Assembly (NCBI GenBank): GCA_964530995.1
Contig: CAZHCG010000005.1
Coordinates: forward strand, 3,853 to 67,852
Direction of reading: 5' to 3'
Source of the DNA: an uncultured Myxococcales bacterium
GTDB lineage: Bacteria; Myxococcota_A; Polyangia; JAAYKL01
Length of the DNA stretch: 64,000 bases
Shown: positions 54,947-64,000 of the stretch, one piece after another
How positions within the stretch are numbered: position 1 is the first letter of the stretch
Layout: each line of letters begins with the position of its first letter
Notes under the pieces: model-generated
Told to the model about the DNA's origin: nothing
Database searches by the model: none
The model's input: only the letters and a program-made list of their open reading frames with translations
Made by a program: the position numbers and the translations under genes

Positions 54947-56280
54947 GCGGCATTCGCCGGTTGATCGCCTCCGCGGCCGTGCTGGCGATCGCCTCGGCGG
55001 TGCTGCTGGGAGGCTCGATAGCGGCCGTGATTCCGGCCGGCGACTTCGTGGCGAATCGATCGACATCCCCCGCTGACAACCTGCTGCTGATCGGAGGCCT
55101 GACTCTGCTCGCTGTACTGGCGGCGCTCGCCGAGGCGTTGTTGGTGATCAGGCTGATCTGGGGAGCGGAAGCAGTGGTCGGCAAACCGGCGTCCCGCGGC
55201 GGGGGGCAGGAGCTGGACACCGGCGCGATCAAGGTGACCGGCACCAAGAAGGCGGTCGTCGTGCTGCTCGCGCTGGCGATCAACATCCTGGTTCTGGATC
55301 AGCTCGGCAGCGGCGTGCTGGTCACCCAGACCAGGCGGCACAACGTGCTTTCCCTGCTGCGCTCCGAGGACGGGGGAGACCGGGCCGAGGCCGTGGAGGA
55401 GGCGATCCAGCTCGTCGGCGACCCGCGCGTGACCGAGCAGCTGAAGCGCGTGCTCTCCGAACCCGGAGAGGGGCGCGAGTGGGTGGCCTACGCGGCGGGC
55501 GTGCGCATCGATCGACGGCTGGCGGACGAGCTGGCCGATCTGCTCGAAGAGGGAGAGCCGCTGGAGCGCGCGGCGGCGATGATGGCGCTGGCCCGCATCT
55601 CCAACCAGCTCGCGGACATCGCCGACGAGAGCGATCGCGAGCGGAGCCCCGAGGTCTTCGAGTCGCTGTCCGGGCTGGAGGAGCTGCGTCCGCTCCAAAA
55701 GGCGACCGCGTCCCTCTCGGAGATGGACGAGCACAGAAAGGATCTGCTGATCGGGATCGGCACCCTGGGTCGCAACAGGCACGTGGTCGACCAGGGCCAG
55801 GTCGAGCGGGCCGGGAGGGCGGTGGCCGGCGCGCTGAAGAGCGGAGAGCTGGGAAACGAGGAGGCGGTGGTGGGGATCTGGGTGCTGGGCCGGCTGGGCT
55901 CGCCGGCGGCGCTCGAGTACCTGCACAAGCTGCTTTCCGCCGAAACCGACCTGCGCGTGCTCTGTCCGACGATGGAGGCGCTGGGCCACATCGGCGCCGC
56001 GGTCAGCTCGGACCACCTGGTGAGCCTGATCGAAGAGGTCGACCGGAGTGAGCGCTGCCCGGAGGTCGTGGCCGAGGACTTCACCGGTCACGAGGTGCTG
56101 CTCTGCCGCGGCACGCCGGTCGTCGAGAGGATCCTCCGCGAGATCGCGCACATCGGAGACCGCCAGGCGATGCCGGCCGTGGAGCGGATCGCCAAGGACG
56201 AGAGCTACTCGCGGCGGGCGCGGGAGATGGCCGCCGAGATCGCCTACCAGATGAGGTTCGTCAAGGCCGATCAACGCTGA
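54943..56280 (+). CDS. Membrane-anchored HEAT-repeat protein
   Basis: Two to three N-terminal TMs, then HEAT-like helical repeats (AAAMMALARI, GIWVLGRLG, MEALGHIG). Coupled to deaD by an ATGA overlap. Confidence 0.75.
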   Translation: MSGIRRLIASAAVLAIASAVLLGGSIAAVIPAGDFVANRSTSPADNLLLIGGLTLLAVLAALAEALLVIRLIWGAEAVVGKPASRGGGQELDTGAIKVTGTKKAVVVLLALAINILVLDQLGSGVLVTQTRRHNVLSLLRSEDGGDRAEAVEEAIQLVGDPRVTEQLKRVLSEPGEGREWVAYAAGVRIDRRLADELADLLEEGEPLERAAAMMALARISNQLADIADESDRERSPEVFESLSGLEELRPLQKATASLSEMDEHRKDLLIGIGTLGRNRHVVDQGQVERAGRAVAGALKSGELGNEEAVVGIWVLGRLGSPAALEYLHKLLSAETDLRVLCPTMEALGHIGAAVSSDHLVSLIEEVDRSERCPEVVAEDFTGHEVLLCRGTPVVERILREIAHIGDRQAMPAVERIAKDESYSRRAREMAAEIAYQMRFVKADQR

Positions 56281-56299
56281 GAATCGAACGGAGAAAGCC

Positions 56300-57028
56300 A
56301 TGAGCAGGTCAGTTTGGATTACGAAAATGGCAGCTGTGATCCTGGCCGCGCACTGCCTGGTCGCCTGCGGAGACGCCGAGGGCACCGCAGCGGATGCCGG
56401 GGACGCGGACACCGACACAGAGGCCGAGGAAGCGAGCACCGTCACCGCCACGGTGCGCCTGGTCGACGCGGTCGGCGGCGGCGCTCCGCAGGGAGCGACG
56501 GTCAGCTTCGACGGCGATCCGGTCGAGGTGGAAGGTGAGACCGCGACGGGGGAGGTCTCGGCCGACGTACCCTTCGAGCTCCGGGCGGAGGCGACGGGCT
56601 ACGCCGACTACATGCTCAACGGCCACGCCGGACAGAGCGACTTCACGCTGACCTCGTTCGTCAGCTCCCGCTCCACCACCGACTACGTGATGGGAACGCT
56701 GGGAATGAGCGTGGACGCGAGCAAGGGCTTCGTCGTGGTCGGAGTGGACACTCCCGCGCTGGAGCCGGTGGTCGGGGCGCGCGTCGAGATCGACTCGACC
56801 CACGACGACCCGTTCGTCTTCGCCGGCAGCACGCCGCAGCTCGGCGACACGATACCCGACGGCGGCGCCGGCTTCGTCTCCTTTCCCAACGTGGACCCCG
56901 GGACCGCGGGCATCTCGGTGACGCCCCCGGAAGGCCTGAGCTGCAGCGTCTTCCCCGGCCCCGGAGAGCTGTCGGAGATCGAGGTCTACGCCGACCGCGT
57001 CTCGGTGATCTCGTACACCTGCCAGTAG
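56300..57028 (+). CDS. Lipoprotein with carboxypeptidase-regulatory-like beta domains
   Basis: CLVAC lipobox, DADTDT linker and two beta-rich domains (VVGARVEID...FVSFPNVDPG). Confidence 0.72.
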   Translation: MSRSVWITKMAAVILAAHCLVACGDAEGTAADAGDADTDTEAEEASTVTATVRLVDAVGGGAPQGATVSFDGDPVEVEGETATGEVSADVPFELRAEATGYADYMLNGHAGQSDFTLTSFVSSRSTTDYVMGTLGMSVDASKGFVVVGVDTPALEPVVGARVEIDSTHDDPFVFAGSTPQLGDTIPDGGAGFVSFPNVDPGTAGISVTPPEGLSCSVFPGPGELSEIEVYADRVSVISYTCQ

Positions 57029-57071
57029 CAGTAGGCGAACCCCCTGGCGAGAGGCTCTCGATCGGGTCCGC

Positions 57072-58142
57072 TCAGCCCTGGATTTCGAGGTTGGTAAGAC
57101 CGGCGCGACGCGCTGCGTTGATCACTTCCTCGTATTCTTCGTCGGTGATGGGGCGCGAGATGCGTTCGAACTCGTGGGCTTTGTACATCGGACGGTACTG
57201 GGACATGATGTTGACATAGGTATCTGCGGGCAGGTTGGCTGCTATCCATTTCATCACGTCGACGCTGCCGCCGACGTCGTTCGGCATCACCAGGTGACGG
57301 ATCATCAGCCCGCGGTAGATCCTTCCGTCCTCGGCCGGACGGGCCACGCCGACCTGGCGGTGCATCTCGAGCAACGCCCGTTCGGTGAGCTCGGGGTATC
57401 TCTCCGCTCCGGAAGAGTAGACAGCGGCCATCTCGGGATCGGAGTACTTGAAATCCGGCAAGTAGATATCGACAACGCCGTCGAGCAGCTTCAGCACCTC
57501 CACCCGTTCCCAGCCGCACGTGTTGTATACCAGCGGCAGACGGAGCCCGCGCCCGGCCGCCAGATCCAACGCCTTGACGATGTGAGGCGAGTAGTGGGTC
57601 GGGGTGACGGCGTTGATGTTGAGGGCGCCCTTCTCCTGGAGCTCGAGCATCATCTCGGCCAGATCTTCCGGGCTGCGTTCCGTGCCCCGTCCACCCTGGC
57701 TGATCCGCCAGTTGATGCAGAACACGCAGCGCAGGCCGCAGTTGGACAGGAAGATCGTCCCCGACCCGCCGCCGCCCACCAGCGGCTCCTCCTCGCCCCA
57801 GTGCAGCTGATGCGAGGCGACCTCCAGGACGGACGAGGCCCCGCAGAACCCCTCCTCTCCGGAGAGGCGATCGACACCGCAGCGCCGGGGACAGAGCCTG
57901 CAGTTGCTCATCGTCTCCCACAACGCGTCCCCCCGGCGGGCGAGCTCCCCGCTGCGATGGAGCTCGAGGTATCCCGGCCGCCCCTTTCTCCCTCCTCCCG
58001 CAGCGGTCCGCTGCTTCCCTCCGGACGCAGGACCGCCGGCGCACCCGCACCCATCGCAAGCCAGCCTGAGGCCGCCCGTCATCCCGGCGGCGAAAACGCC
58101 GCCCGCTCGCTTGAGAAAATCTCTTCTCGACCGTGATTGCAT
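57072..58142 (-). CDS. PflX-like radical SAM protein with twin-arginine N-terminal extension
   Basis: CRLCPRRC, GSGTIFLSNCGLRCVFCIN (CxxxCxxC), NINAVTPTH, YNTCGWE, DIYLPDFKY, IRHLVMP, NIMSQYRP. N-terminus MQSRSRRDFLK. Confidence 0.88.
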   Translation of the reverse strand: MQSRSRRDFLKRAGGVFAAGMTGGLRLACDGCGCAGGPASGGKQRTAAGGGRKGRPGYLELHRSGELARRGDALWETMSNCRLCPRRCGVDRLSGEEGFCGASSVLEVASHQLHWGEEEPLVGGGGSGTIFLSNCGLRCVFCINWRISQGGRGTERSPEDLAEMMLELQEKGALNINAVTPTHYSPHIVKALDLAAGRGLRLPLVYNTCGWERVEVLKLLDGVVDIYLPDFKYSDPEMAAVYSSGAERYPELTERALLEMHRQVGVARPAEDGRIYRGLMIRHLVMPNDVGGSVDVMKWIAANLPADTYVNIMSQYRPMYKAHEFERISRPITDEEYEEVINAARRAGLTNLEIQG

Positions 58143-58336
58143 CCCGCCTCCCGGATCATTGTGCCACATTTTGCCGGCGGGATCTTCGGCCCGCTTCGAG
58201 CGACAGGGCCAGAACGCGGTCTTCTCGTTTCGGAAGCGCTCATCAGCTCGTCACACTGCGGTGAGAAGAAAAAAGGTAGGCTGCCTTCGAGGGAAGAGGC
58301 ATTGATTGCACGCCATTCGGCTTTTGGTAAGGTGTT

Positions 58337-60181
58337 TTGATAGAAGTGGAAGAGCACATCGAGATGAGATCAGAGCCTGCTATTGAGAAGATCGTCCGTG
58401 TTCTGCGCCGGTCGCTGCTCCTTCCGATGGCGGCCGCCTGCGGTCTGTGCGCGATCACCTGCCTGTACAGCGGTGACAATCCGGATCTGGCGGGGCGCGA
58501 CGTGCGTCTCACGATCCTGCACACCTCGGACATCCACTCCCGCATTCTGCCCTACGATCACACGCCGATGTACACCGAGGAGAAGCTGGGGCTGGTCGGC
58601 GGGCGCGGGCCCTACGGCGGGATCGCCCGCGTCGCTCACATCATCGAACGCGAGCGGAAGGAGGCCGGCAGGTCGCTGTACGTCGATTCGGGGGATCTCT
58701 TCCAGGGCGCGCCGATCTTCAACCTGTTCCACGGCGAGCCGGAGATCCGCGCCTTGAGCCTGACCGGGGTGGACGTCTTCGCGATGGGCAACCACGAGTT
58801 CGATTTCGGCCCGACCAACATCGTCGACCAGTTTCAGCAGTGGGCCGGCTTCCCCGTCCTGGCGGCCAACTACGAGTTCGATCAGGCCGCCAAGCGTTTC
58901 GCCGGTCGCTTCGACGAGCTGGTGCGGCCCTGGGTGGTGTTCAATCTCCACGGGCTCGAGGTGGGCGTGATCGGGATGGGCAACACCAGCTCGATGACGA
59001 GCCTGGAGGAGGGCGGCAACTCGATGGGGATCATCCCGTTCGACGCCGTGCAGACCGTCCAGGCGCACGTAAACGTGCTGCGTCCGGAGGTGGACGTGCT
59101 GATCCTGCTCAGCCACCTGGGGCTGGGCACCGACGAGCTGGTGGGCCGCAACGTGTGCGGTCTCGACCTGATCCTGGGCGGCCACCACCACGTGGCGCTC
59201 GATCCACCCAAGGTGATTCCCTACGACCCGGAGCCGGAGTACGTCGCCGGGATGGTCGAGGACGGCTACTACGACATCGACGAGGAAGGCGGGGGGCAGG
59301 CTCTGGATGCGGCGCAGGTCTGCCCCGACGAGTGGCGGCGCGACGTGATCATGGCCCACCCGCAGGCGTTCTCCAAGTTCGTCGCGCGCCTCGACCTGGT
59401 GGTGCGCGACGGCCGGATCCGGTCGCATCGCTTGGAGCTGTTCCCGGTGGACAACACGGTGCCGCAGGACCCCGACGTGCTCTACCTGCTGGAGGACTAC
59501 GTGCGCCGGCTCTACCAGGAGTACGACCTGGGCCGCGTGGTGACTCGCGCCAGCCGGGACGTGAACCGCTTCGGGACCACGGGCGGCGACAGCATGCTGG
59601 GCAACCTGGTGGCCGAGGCGATGCAGTACCGCAAGTACGTCGAGACGGACTTCGCGATGACCAACTCGCTGGGCATGCGGACCAACATCCTCGGTCCGGA
59701 CGGGGACGACGACGAGCCGCGTCCGGTGACGATTGAGACGATGTTCAACGTGCTCCCGTTCGAGAACACGATCACGACGATGTACCTCAGCGGCGCCGAG
59801 GTGCAGGAGATGCTCGACTACGCCACGCGGCGCAGCGCGGGGCGCGGCTGCTCGAGCCAGATCCAGGTCTCGAACCTCGGCTTCACCATGAACTGCCGCA
59901 CCGGAGTCGCCGAGGACGTGGTCATCGCCGGAGAGCCGATGCGCTCGGACAAGGTCTACGAGATGGCGACCAACAACTACATCGCCTGGGGCGGGAGCGG
60001 GTTCGAGATGCTCAAGCGCAACACGACCAAGATCGACACCGGGATCTCGATGCGGGACGCGGTGATCGACTACATCCGCGACTACGAGAGCATCCCGGTC
60101 TGTTTCGAGGTGGAGCAGGGTACGGGGCAGTGCGTGCGCGGCATAGGTTTCGAGGACGGTCGGATCGCGCCGACCTATTGA
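58337..60181 (+). CDS. Exported bifunctional metallophosphoesterase / 5'-nucleotidase (UshA/CpdB-like)
   Basis: LHTSDIHS, DSGDLFQG, GNHEFD, LSHLG, GGHHH and C-terminal domain TNSLGMR, VLPFEN, ATNNYIA.GGSGF. The start may be ATG 58364. Confidence 0.92.
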   Translation: MIEVEEHIEMRSEPAIEKIVRVLRRSLLLPMAAACGLCAITCLYSGDNPDLAGRDVRLTILHTSDIHSRILPYDHTPMYTEEKLGLVGGRGPYGGIARVAHIIERERKEAGRSLYVDSGDLFQGAPIFNLFHGEPEIRALSLTGVDVFAMGNHEFDFGPTNIVDQFQQWAGFPVLAANYEFDQAAKRFAGRFDELVRPWVVFNLHGLEVGVIGMGNTSSMTSLEEGGNSMGIIPFDAVQTVQAHVNVLRPEVDVLILLSHLGLGTDELVGRNVCGLDLILGGHHHVALDPPKVIPYDPEPEYVAGMVEDGYYDIDEEGGGQALDAAQVCPDEWRRDVIMAHPQAFSKFVARLDLVVRDGRIRSHRLELFPVDNTVPQDPDVLYLLEDYVRRLYQEYDLGRVVTRASRDVNRFGTTGGDSMLGNLVAEAMQYRKYVETDFAMTNSLGMRTNILGPDGDDDEPRPVTIETMFNVLPFENTITTMYLSGAEVQEMLDYATRRSAGRGCSSQIQVSNLGFTMNCRTGVAEDVVIAGEPMRSDKVYEMATNNYIAWGGSGFEMLKRNTTKIDTGISMRDAVIDYIRDYESIPVCFEVEQGTGQCVRGIGFEDGRIAPTY

Positions 60182-60194
60182 GAGGACGAAGAGC

Positions 60195-61316
60195 ATGCGG
60201 ATGCTCGGAGCGAAACGAATGATCGCCGCGATCGGGGTCGCGCTGGTCGGGGCGGCGGTCGCTGCGGCGGTTTCGTGCGAGGTGCGGCTCGACAGCGAGC
60301 TGAAGGGCCCGGCCACGTTCGAGGTGACGCTGCGCGAGGGGGAGACCGGCTCGGCCGATCAGCCGCTGGCGTTCAGCTCGCAACCGCTGACCTACCTGCT
60401 CGACGTCCGCGCGGTGGACGGCGACGGCTCCACGGCGGATTGGTTCTCCGGAGAGGTGCACCTCGACCTGCAGCCGCGGGGCAAGCTCAGCTCCGGTCAG
60501 ACGCGCTGGCTCGAGGTCAGCGAAGGAATCGCCGAGGGAGTCGAGGTCTCGGTGGAGAAGATCCATTCCACGGCCAGCATCTGGGTCGAGGACACGGGCA
60601 GCGAGGAACGGCCCGGCGGCTACGCCACCGGCCTTTCGCCCACGCTCCACTTCAGGCACCCCACGATCCGCAACGCGCAGGAGAGCGGGATGCACCTCGG
60701 CTCCGGGTTGCGCGGGGAGTTCGCCGAGATCGATCTCGAAGGACGGACAGCGGTGGTGACCGGGGTCTCGCGGGACGGGTTCTACGTGACGGACACCAGC
60801 GAGCCGGACCTGTTCTATAGCTCGGTCTATGTCTACAGCTTCTCTCGTCCCGACGTGGAGATCGGCGATCGGATCGCGGAGCTGCGCGGCACGGTGGACG
60901 AGTTCTTCGGCTTCACCGAGCTGGGCTTTCCGTCGTGGAAGGCCCAGGGAACGGCCGACTTGCCGGACGCAGTGCGGATCGACGCTCAGCTGCTCGCCGA
61001 CGACGACTCGATGGAGCCCTACGAGAGCGCGCTGGTCGAGGTGACGAACGTCGAGGTCTGCCCGGTGGCGGAGGGATACCACACCTACGGGCAATGGAAG
61101 GTGCTCGTCGATCCGGCGGGAGACTGCTCCAGCGGCGAGGGCGCGATCAACGTGGTCAGCGCCTACACGGCTCCGGAGATCGATCCGGCCGAGCTGAGCG
61201 GAGAGACGATCGAGCGCATCGCAGGCAACCTGCGCTACCACATGGCGGCCAGCCCGAGCTGGATTGTCTACGTGCGGGGCTCGCAAGATATCGATATCGG
61301 CGGAGAGGGCCGCTGA
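60195..61316 (+). CDS. Exported protein with YhcR/ExeM-type OB-fold modules and no catalytic nuclease domain
   Basis: Lipobox-like AAVSC, VVTGV..DGFYVTD, VYVY, VEIGD.I....GTV.EFFGFTEL, EPYESALVEV. Confidence 0.65.
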   Translation: MRMLGAKRMIAAIGVALVGAAVAAAVSCEVRLDSELKGPATFEVTLREGETGSADQPLAFSSQPLTYLLDVRAVDGDGSTADWFSGEVHLDLQPRGKLSSGQTRWLEVSEGIAEGVEVSVEKIHSTASIWVEDTGSEERPGGYATGLSPTLHFRHPTIRNAQESGMHLGSGLRGEFAEIDLEGRTAVVTGVSRDGFYVTDTSEPDLFYSSVYVYSFSRPDVEIGDRIAELRGTVDEFFGFTELGFPSWKAQGTADLPDAVRIDAQLLADDDSMEPYESALVEVTNVEVCPVAEGYHTYGQWKVLVDPAGDCSSGEGAINVVSAYTAPEIDPAELSGETIERIAGNLRYHMAASPSWIVYVRGSQDIDIGGEGR

Positions 61317-61371
61317 CGGCCAGGAAAACCAGCGGAGGCCGGGCCTCCGCCCGTGTAATGGAGGAGCTACG

Positions 61372-62781
61372 ATGTCACTTTTCTTTCGCACATTGATCGC
61401 CGCGATGGCCGCCTCCCTGTCGGTGGCTCTCTTGATCGGGGCATGCGGCGCCACGGACAACGGAGACGGAGGCGGAGATTCGGATTCCGACGGCGACGGC
61501 GACACCGATTCGGATTCCGACGGCGACGCCGACACAACGATCTACGACATCCGCCAGGGCAACGTCGCCGAGGGGAGCCAGGTCGCGCTGAGCGGAGTGG
61601 TGGTCACCTCTCCGGCGCATATCGAGGGCTCGGTGGTCTTCGTCGAGGAGCCCGAGGCGGGACAGTACTCGGGAATCTACCTCTACATGTACAGCGAGGT
61701 GCTGGCCGAGCACGGCGAGGATCTGACTCCCGGCGCGGTGATCGACGTCTCCGGCGAGTACACCGAGTTCTACGGAGTGTCCGAGCTGACGGTCGAGGCG
61801 CCCGGTGACCTGACGATCAACGATTACGGCGACGTGCCCGGACCCGACGTGGTCGATCCGGCCGACATCAAGACCGGCGGCTCGCTGGCCGAGGCCTACG
61901 AGAGCGTGCTGGTGCGGGTCGAGGACGTGGAGGTGACCCAGGCCGATCTGGGCTACGGCAATTTCGAGGTTACCGGCGGGCTGGTCGTCGACGATTTCTT
62001 CTTCGAGGAGGGCGGCGGGCCCTCGGGTCCTCACCTCGAGCCCGGCCAGGGGGACACCTTCGAGGCCGTGGTCGGACCGCTGCGCTACTCCTACGAGGAG
62101 TTCCAGATCTCGCCGCGGGAGATGGAGGATTTCGTGGGGTACAGCGGCGAGGTCGACACGGACACGGATACTGAAGCGGATACGATCTACGACGTGCAAC
62201 AGGGAGAGGTTTCCGAAAACGAGGTCGTGACCATCGAGGGAGCGGTCGTCACCTCGCCGGTGCACGAGGAAGAGCAGTACGCCTTCGTCGAGGATCCGCA
62301 GGCGGGAGCGTTCTCCGGGATCCTGCTCTATCTCTACAACGAGCCGTTCGCGGAAGCCGATCTGCAGCGCGGGGACGTCGTGGACGTCACCGGCGTGTAC
62401 CAGGAGTACTACGACATGTCGCAGATCGTGGTGCAGAGCACCGGCGATCTGGTGGAGACCGGAACCGAGAGCCTGCCCGCGCCCGAGGTCGTGTCGTCCG
62501 CGGACGTCGCGACGGGCGGCTCGCAGGCCGAGGACTACGAGGGCGTGCTGGTCGAGATCGAATCCCCGACGGTGACCAACGCGGACGCCGGCTACGGCCA
62601 GTTCGTGGTGGACGGTACATTGCTGGTCGACGATTTCTTCTTCAGCGGAGGACAGGGGCCTTCCGGCGAGATGCCCGCGGTCGCGATCGACGACGGCTTC
62701 ACCGCGCTGCGTGGCGTCCTGATTTACCACTTCGACGACTTCAAGCTGGCACCCCGCGACTCCGACGATTTCGTGAACTGA
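61372..62781 (+). CDS. Lipoprotein with two tandem ~215-aa OB-fold-type repeats
   Basis: LIGAC lipobox and DSDSDGDGDT linker. Repeats start at 61537 (TIYDIRQG) and 62182 (TIYDVQQG) and share G.VVTSP, AG..SGI.LY.Y.E, AE.YE.VLV, VDDFFF, PR. Confidence 0.78.
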   Translation: MSLFFRTLIAAMAASLSVALLIGACGATDNGDGGGDSDSDGDGDTDSDSDGDADTTIYDIRQGNVAEGSQVALSGVVVTSPAHIEGSVVFVEEPEAGQYSGIYLYMYSEVLAEHGEDLTPGAVIDVSGEYTEFYGVSELTVEAPGDLTINDYGDVPGPDVVDPADIKTGGSLAEAYESVLVRVEDVEVTQADLGYGNFEVTGGLVVDDFFFEEGGGPSGPHLEPGQGDTFEAVVGPLRYSYEEFQISPREMEDFVGYSGEVDTDTDTEADTIYDVQQGEVSENEVVTIEGAVVTSPVHEEEQYAFVEDPQAGAFSGILLYLYNEPFAEADLQRGDVVDVTGVYQEYYDMSQIVVQSTGDLVETGTESLPAPEVVSSADVATGGSQAEDYEGVLVEIESPTVTNADAGYGQFVVDGTLLVDDFFFSGGQGPSGEMPAVAIDDGFTALRGVLIYHFDDFKLAPRDSDDFVN

Positions 62782-62866
62782 CGGCGGCGGGACGCACGGG
62801 CGATTCGCCGCGTGAGCGCCCGGATGGATCAACGGCGAGAAGCAACTTCCAAGGAGCCGATCACAG

Positions 62867-64000
62867 ATGAAGAGCACACCGAGATCAGCGGCGGCCTGGG
62901 TAGCGGCGATTCTGGCTCTGAGCGCACCCGCGCTGGTCGCACAGGAGCAGGGCGAGACGGAGGCAGAGGAGGCCGGGGCCGAACAGGAGGACGAGGTCGA
63001 ACGGGAGGCCGCGAGCGAGCGGGACGAGTCTCTCGCTGCGGAGGAAGAGCCGGGTGAAGGCGCGAGCGAGCCTGCCGCCGGGACGACTCCGGCCGGATGC
63101 GTCAAGGACACCGACTGCAAGGGGGAGCGCGTCTGCGAGCAGGGAAGCTGCGTCTCGCCGCCGCGGGAGCTCGGTTGCGTCAAGGACGTGGACTGCAAGG
63201 GCGAGCGGATCTGCGAGGGCGGGCGCTGCGTACGGCCCGTCGAGACCGAGGAAGAGCAACAGCCGACCGAAGACGAAACCGGGGAGGACGGAGTCGATGG
63301 ACAGAGGTTCATGGACACTCGCATCACGTTCGTCTTCAGCGACGACAACCTGTTGGCCGGAACCAAGGAACGATCGCCCAGCATCGGGATCGGACCCGCG
63401 GACGACGAGCTGTTCTTCGAGGGGCTGCAGCAGGAGAAGCGCGGCTGGGAGACCGAGACGCAACTGGTTCTGTACAAGAAGATGCCTTCCTACTTCCCGA
63501 GGCTCGACGCGGAGGCCGCCCTGGTCCTCGAGATGCAGAACTTCGTCGACAAGGACACGTGGGAGAACGAGACGGTGATCGGCGACGACGGCTCCTATCT
63601 CAAGCTCAACCTGTACACCGAGCGCGATGACTACACGGGAGACAACGTCAACCTGACGCTGTTTCCGATGGACTCGCAACGCTTCCTTCTGGGCTACACC
63701 TACGATATCACCTGGGGTGGGGAGAGGATCTTTCCCAACAAGAAGGGGCAGGTTCCCGGCGCGCGGTTGAAGTGGGATTTCAACGTGGGCGAGGCACATT
63801 CGGGATACGTCTTTGCCGGAGCCAAGACCGCGCGGCTGCTCAACAACGAGCTCAACGAGCAGCAGACGTATTACGGGGCCCTGGGCGGTTTCGGGATCGA
63901 GATCATCGATTGGCTCTTCTGGGAGGCGAACGGCGGATACTTCCAGCGCGGTCCGTTTCTCACCGCGGCAGGGACCTCGTTGGGCGGCGAGACGATGGAG
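62867..64000 (+). CDS. Exported protein, probably an outer-membrane beta-barrel, with acidic linker and two Cys-rich repeats (partial, runs off right edge)
   Basis: Not in the track because there is no stop inside the window. Open from ATG 62867 (RBS AAGGAG) to 64000: MKSTPRSAAAWVAAILALSAPALVAQ..., then FMDTRITFVFSDDNLLAG, ETQLVLYKK, RFLLGYTYDITWGG and aromatic alternating strands. Confidence 0.75.
   Translation, partial: MKSTPRSAAAWVAAILALSAPALVAQEQGETEAEEAGAEQEDEVEREAASERDESLAAEEEPGEGASEPAAGTTPAGCVKDTDCKGERVCEQGSCVSPPRELGCVKDVDCKGERICEGGRCVRPVETEEEQQPTEDETGEDGVDGQRFMDTRITFVFSDDNLLAGTKERSPSIGIGPADDELFFEGLQQEKRGWETETQLVLYKKMPSYFPRLDAEAALVLEMQNFVDKDTWENETVIGDDGSYLKLNLYTERDDYTGDNVNLTLFPMDSQRFLLGYTYDITWGGERIFPNKKGQVPGARLKWDFNVGEAHSGYVFAGAKTARLLNNELNEQQTYYGALGGFGIEIIDWLFWEANGGYFQRGPFLTAAGTSLGGETME
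63095..63232 (+). repeat. Two 78-bp tandem coding repeats (four-Cys module)
   Basis: GCVKDTDCKGERVCEQGSCV and GCVKDVDCKGERICEGGRCV, with high nucleotide identity. Confidence 0.8.

Noticed and set aside
58370-63477. 648-aa, 507-aa and 700-aa minus-strand ORFs
   Set aside because: Shadows of the nucleotidase and OB-fold genes.
1-64000. tRNA, rRNA, CRISPR arrays and sigma54 -24/-12 promoters
   Set aside because: None were recognised by eye. tRNAscan-SE, Infernal and a PWM scan would be needed to exclude them formally.

Overview
GC-rich bacterial chromosome segment. The gene content suggests a Myxococcota/deltaproteobacterial lineage: a Hanks kinase-nSTAND-FGE fusion, an FHA/sigma54 activator, an MglA-like GTPase, a DUF4388 protein, a GCGC-type C-terminal sorting tail and many lipoproteins with Asp-Thr/Asp-Ser linkers. 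About 50 credible CDSs are present; most other long ORFs in the track are antisense or off-frame shadows. Left to right: (1) an AT-richer edge with a partial AbiEi-type antitoxin; (2) a coupled sigma54 activator and kinase pair; (3) peptidases, a broken rhomboid gene and two small lipoproteins; (4) an unexplained ~190-nt intergenic rod-like hairpin; (5) a ~16-kb lipid-linked glycosylation region with five GT-C-type membrane transferases, GtrA, a GtrB-like GT2, three paralogous PA14 membrane proteins, an FnIII protein and a sulfatase-fold protein; (6) a B12 radical SAM, DUF4388 and an extended MglA-like GTPase; (7) a partial ccm cluster (F, unknown, A, B); (8) a porin ending at nested IS1634/IS1380 remnants; (9) a PBP, a TSP3 lipoprotein and an M2/M3 peptidase; (10) a lipoprotein-lipoprotein-porin-binding-protein operon behind a Fur-like site; (11) a DEAD-box helicase; (12) a PflX-like radical SAM with a twin-arginine leader; (13) a 5'-nucleotidase with two catalytic-domain-free OB-fold proteins and a probable beta-barrel that runs off the right edge. 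No CRISPR array, tRNA or rRNA was seen. All family calls come from motif recognition by eye, not from database searches.
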